This document shows positions 51,634-53,782 of a stretch of DNA of 53,782 nt, in pieces. How positions within the stretch are numbered: position 1 is the stretch's first letter; every line of letters begins with the position of its first letter. A program made the translations under genes and the position numbers. Source of the stretch: Bacteroidia bacterium (GTDB taxonomy: Bacteria; Bacteroidota; Bacteroidia; Bacteroidales; VadinHA17); NCBI GenBank assembly GCA_026391215.1, contig JAPLDX010000041.1:1-53782 (forward strand). Direction: 5' to 3'. The notes beneath the pieces are model-generated. The model ran no database searches. It worked only from the letters and a program-made list of their open reading frames with translations, and had not been told where the DNA came from.

Positions 51634-52343
51634 TGTCAAGTAATTACTTCAGCTTCAAGCAATTCACTGTATACCAGGATAAATGTTCCTTTAAAGTCGG
51701 GACAGACGGAGTTCTTCTGGGCGCATACGCTGATCTGTCAGGGGTGAGGACTGTTCTCGACATAGGGACCGGGACCGGGCTGATTGCCCTTATGATTGCC
51801 CAGCGAAGTGAAACAGAGATTACTGCCATTGAACCGGATATCAGCTCATCCATGCAGACCCGGCAAAACATTGAAAACAGCAAATGGAGCAAAAGAATAA
51901 ATATCAGAAATACTGACCTGCAGAATTATGATCCCGGAACATTGAAATTCGATCTGATAGTAACTAATCCTCCTTATTTCACTGATTCGTTAAGAAATCC
52001 CGATCCCGGGAAAGCAGCATCACGGCATAATGATAATCTGACTAATGTCGAACTGCTGAAGGGTGTCTCACGGCTTCTGGAGGAAAATGGAAGATTTCAG
52101 TTAATAATGCCATATGTTGAGGGCAATATTTTTATTGCAGAAGCGCAGGAATATGATTTCTTTTGCAATAGCATATTGAAGATCAAGCCATTGCCGACAA
52201 GCGAGATAAGGAGACTTATCCTTACATTTACCAGAAAGCGTCTGTTGGCTAAAGAAAAATTTCTCACCATTGAACATGGCAGGAGACATGAATTTACTGA
52301 GGATTATATTAATCTGACGAGGGATTTCTATTTGAATTTCTGA
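51633..52343 (+). CDS. tRNA1(Val) (adenine37-N6)-methyltransferase (YfiC/TrmN6 family)
   Basis: FSFKQF, KVGTDGVLLGA, LDIGTGTG.IALM.AQR, NPPYF, LTRDFYL. Confidence 0.92.
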   Translation: MSSNYFSFKQFTVYQDKCSFKVGTDGVLLGAYADLSGVRTVLDIGTGTGLIALMIAQRSETEITAIEPDISSSMQTRQNIENSKWSKRINIRNTDLQNYDPGTLKFDLIVTNPPYFTDSLRNPDPGKAASRHNDNLTNVELLKGVSRLLEENGRFQLIMPYVEGNIFIAEAQEYDFFCNSILKIKPLPTSEIRRLILTFTRKRLLAKEKFLTIEHGRRHEFTEDYINLTRDFYLNF

Positions 52344-52352
52344 ATCCCAGAA

Positions 52353-52480
52353 GACCCCCCGCCCCGCAAGCGGGGCACCCCCCTGAAGGGGGGCTAAATC
52401 CAAAAGTTACTGAAGCTTAGTTAAGTCCGGATTTTAAGCCCCCTTTAGGGGGCAGTCATGCTTCAGCGTGACGGGGGTCA
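52353..52480. repeat. GC-rich REPIN/MITE-like inverted-repeat element, copy 3 (most complete)
   Basis: GACCCCCC-GCCCCGCAAGCGGGGC-ACCCCCCTGAAGGGGGGCTAAATCC ... CCGGATTTTAAGCCCCCTTTAGGGGGCAGTCATGCTTCAGCGTGACGGGGGTCA; spacer aligns with the copy 1 spacer. Confidence 0.85.
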
Positions 52481-53782
52481 TTGAATCATCTCACTCTCCG
52501 GCAGACCGTATTCCTCTTTCATTTCAATACCGAGAGTTTTCAGCTCATCAATGACAGGATTATAGATCTGCGGCACAACAGGCCTGTAAACTCCTTTAAG
52601 GCTGATCTTGTTCTCGAGTATCATTTTCACTGCGATGGACGCCGGCAGAGCAACAGTTCTGGCAACTGCTGTATTGGTTGCGGGAGATCCGAAATCGAGC
52701 ATAGATGATTTTATGACCTCCTTCTTCCCACTCTTGTATGATGCAAGAAAAACGTGCTGCATCATTACAACATCACGGTCTTTATCAGATAACGACATTT
52801 TGCTGATCATCCTGTCGGCAGTGATCTCAAAGGGAGAAGTTTTGTTATACTGCAATTTCTCATTACCGAAAAATCCCAGCCAGTCGAGTGACTGCATGGC
52901 CGGTGACCCATCCTGGACTCCCAGCTTTTGAGCTATATTCTTTTTAAGATCTGTATTGCTGAGACTGCTTCTTTCTGCGAGGAAATCCGAATAGCTCTTA
53001 CCGGAATAATCAATTATTGCATCATCGAGCATATTAAGCTGTTTCATGGCATCAAGAGTCTCACACCATCCCTTAAATCTGAATGTTCCACGGTACATTG
53101 TTGATGCTTCGTGAATGCCGTATATATCGATATAGCTAATGGAATTTCTATTAGGATAAACTTCAAGGTCTCCAAGTCCAGGAAAATTATAGGTGAATCT
53201 GTCCTTGAAAAGGTTAATGGATTCAATATTCACCTGTTTGCCTTTCTTTAGATAAAGTGCACTATTCCTGCTTGCAAGGACAACTCCCTTTGGGCTCCAG
53301 GAAAACTTGTATTTCATCGGATTATCTGCAACTTCAGGTGCAGGGAGAGCTCCGCACAAAGAATAAAACTCTTCTACCTTGCCGTCATTTTCATGGATAT
53401 GATCAATGATCTTCATTGCTGTCATATGATCAATACCAGGATCAAGCCCGATCTCATTAAGAAGTATTATTCCGGCCTTTTTTGCTGCTTCATCCAGGGA
53501 CTGCATCTCAGGCTGGACATAAGATGTTGTAACAAGAGGTTTGCTGTATTTAATACAGGCTTTCGCCACGAGAGTGTGATACCTGTAGGGCAGGAAAGAA
53601 ACTGCTATATCATGTTCATTTACAAGTTTTTCAAGTGTAATAGCATCTTCAGTTGACCACTTCAGGGAATGTCCGTTCGGATTACCTTTGATCATCCTGT
53701 CAGCTTTTTCTTTTGTAGTAGTTGCAACTGTTAAACCGAATCCGCGTTCCAGCAGAAATTCCACCATTGGCTTTACAACCAG
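52478..53782 (-). CDS. Saccharopine dehydrogenase (NADP+, glutamate-forming type), 5' end outside window
   Basis: VTTSY, EIGLDPGIDH, CGALPAPE.ADNP.KYKFSWSP, RGT.R..G, ARTVALPA; frame open to the edge (LVVKP precedes M at 53767) and the GxG motif is missing, so the gene is truncated. Confidence 0.9.
   Translation of the reverse strand: MVVKPMVEFLLERGFGLTVATTTKEKADRMIKGNPNGHSLKWSTEDAITLEKLVNEHDIAVSFLPYRYHTLVAKACIKYSKPLVTTSYVQPEMQSLDEAAKKAGIILLNEIGLDPGIDHMTAMKIIDHIHENDGKVEEFYSLCGALPAPEVADNPMKYKFSWSPKGVVLASRNSALYLKKGKQVNIESINLFKDRFTYNFPGLGDLEVYPNRNSISYIDIYGIHEASTMYRGTFRFKGWCETLDAMKQLNMLDDAIIDYSGKSYSDFLAERSSLSNTDLKKNIAQKLGVQDGSPAMQSLDWLGFFGNEKLQYNKTSPFEITADRMISKMSLSDKDRDVVMMQHVFLASYKSGKKEVIKSSMLDFGSPATNTAVARTVALPASIAVKMILENKISLKGVYRPVVPQIYNPVIDELKTLGIEMKEEYGLPESEMIQ

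Noticed and set aside
1-53782. tRNA, rRNA, riboswitch, prophage, transposase or defence genes
   Set aside because: None recognised; intergenic gaps are short and largely explained by promoters, terminators and repeats. A covariance-model scan was not possible, so small ncRNAs cannot be excluded

Overview
A gene-dense 53.8 kb chromosomal segment from a Bacteroidota bacterium, most likely Bacteroidales. This is supported by TAnnTTTG -7 promoter boxes, A-rich start regions without Shine-Dalgarno motifs, a fused secDF and type IX secretion (T9SS) genes. Most of it is housekeeping: the end of the dcw cluster (murG-murC-ftsQ-ftsA-ftsZ), a putative porin, an MltF-like lytic transglycosylase, a LolE-like permease, NamZ, an aminotransferase, an M28 peptidase, valS, glnA, yihY, nadC, rlmH, der/era/rluB, glmM, a MacA/MacB/TolC-like set without an ATPase, secDF, tatA, a LolD-like ATPase, TIGR02757, a tRNA m6A37 methylase and a partial saccharopine dehydrogenase. 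I saw no rRNA, tRNA, CRISPR array, transposase or prophage. The most interesting items are: (1) a co-oriented accessory cassette at 22.3-37.0 kb: orphan membrane histidine kinase, a ~1400-aa Gly-rich/Ig-repeat type-B T9SS cargo broken by two frameshifts, PorP/SprF, a PD40-PKD protein standing where PorE usually stands, an unknown secreted protein with Ca-binding-like motifs, and a beta-propeller/SpoIIE phosphatase; (2) a GC-rich REPIN/MITE-like inverted-repeat family at three convergent gene junctions, where one end (AATGACCCCC) contains the TGA stop of the adjacent gene in all three copies; (3) a second short palindrome family; (4) a TatA with about seven 11-residue repeats; (5) a lipoprotein with an HExxH-like motif lacking the Glu. 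All product calls come from recognising motifs by eye; no database searches were run.
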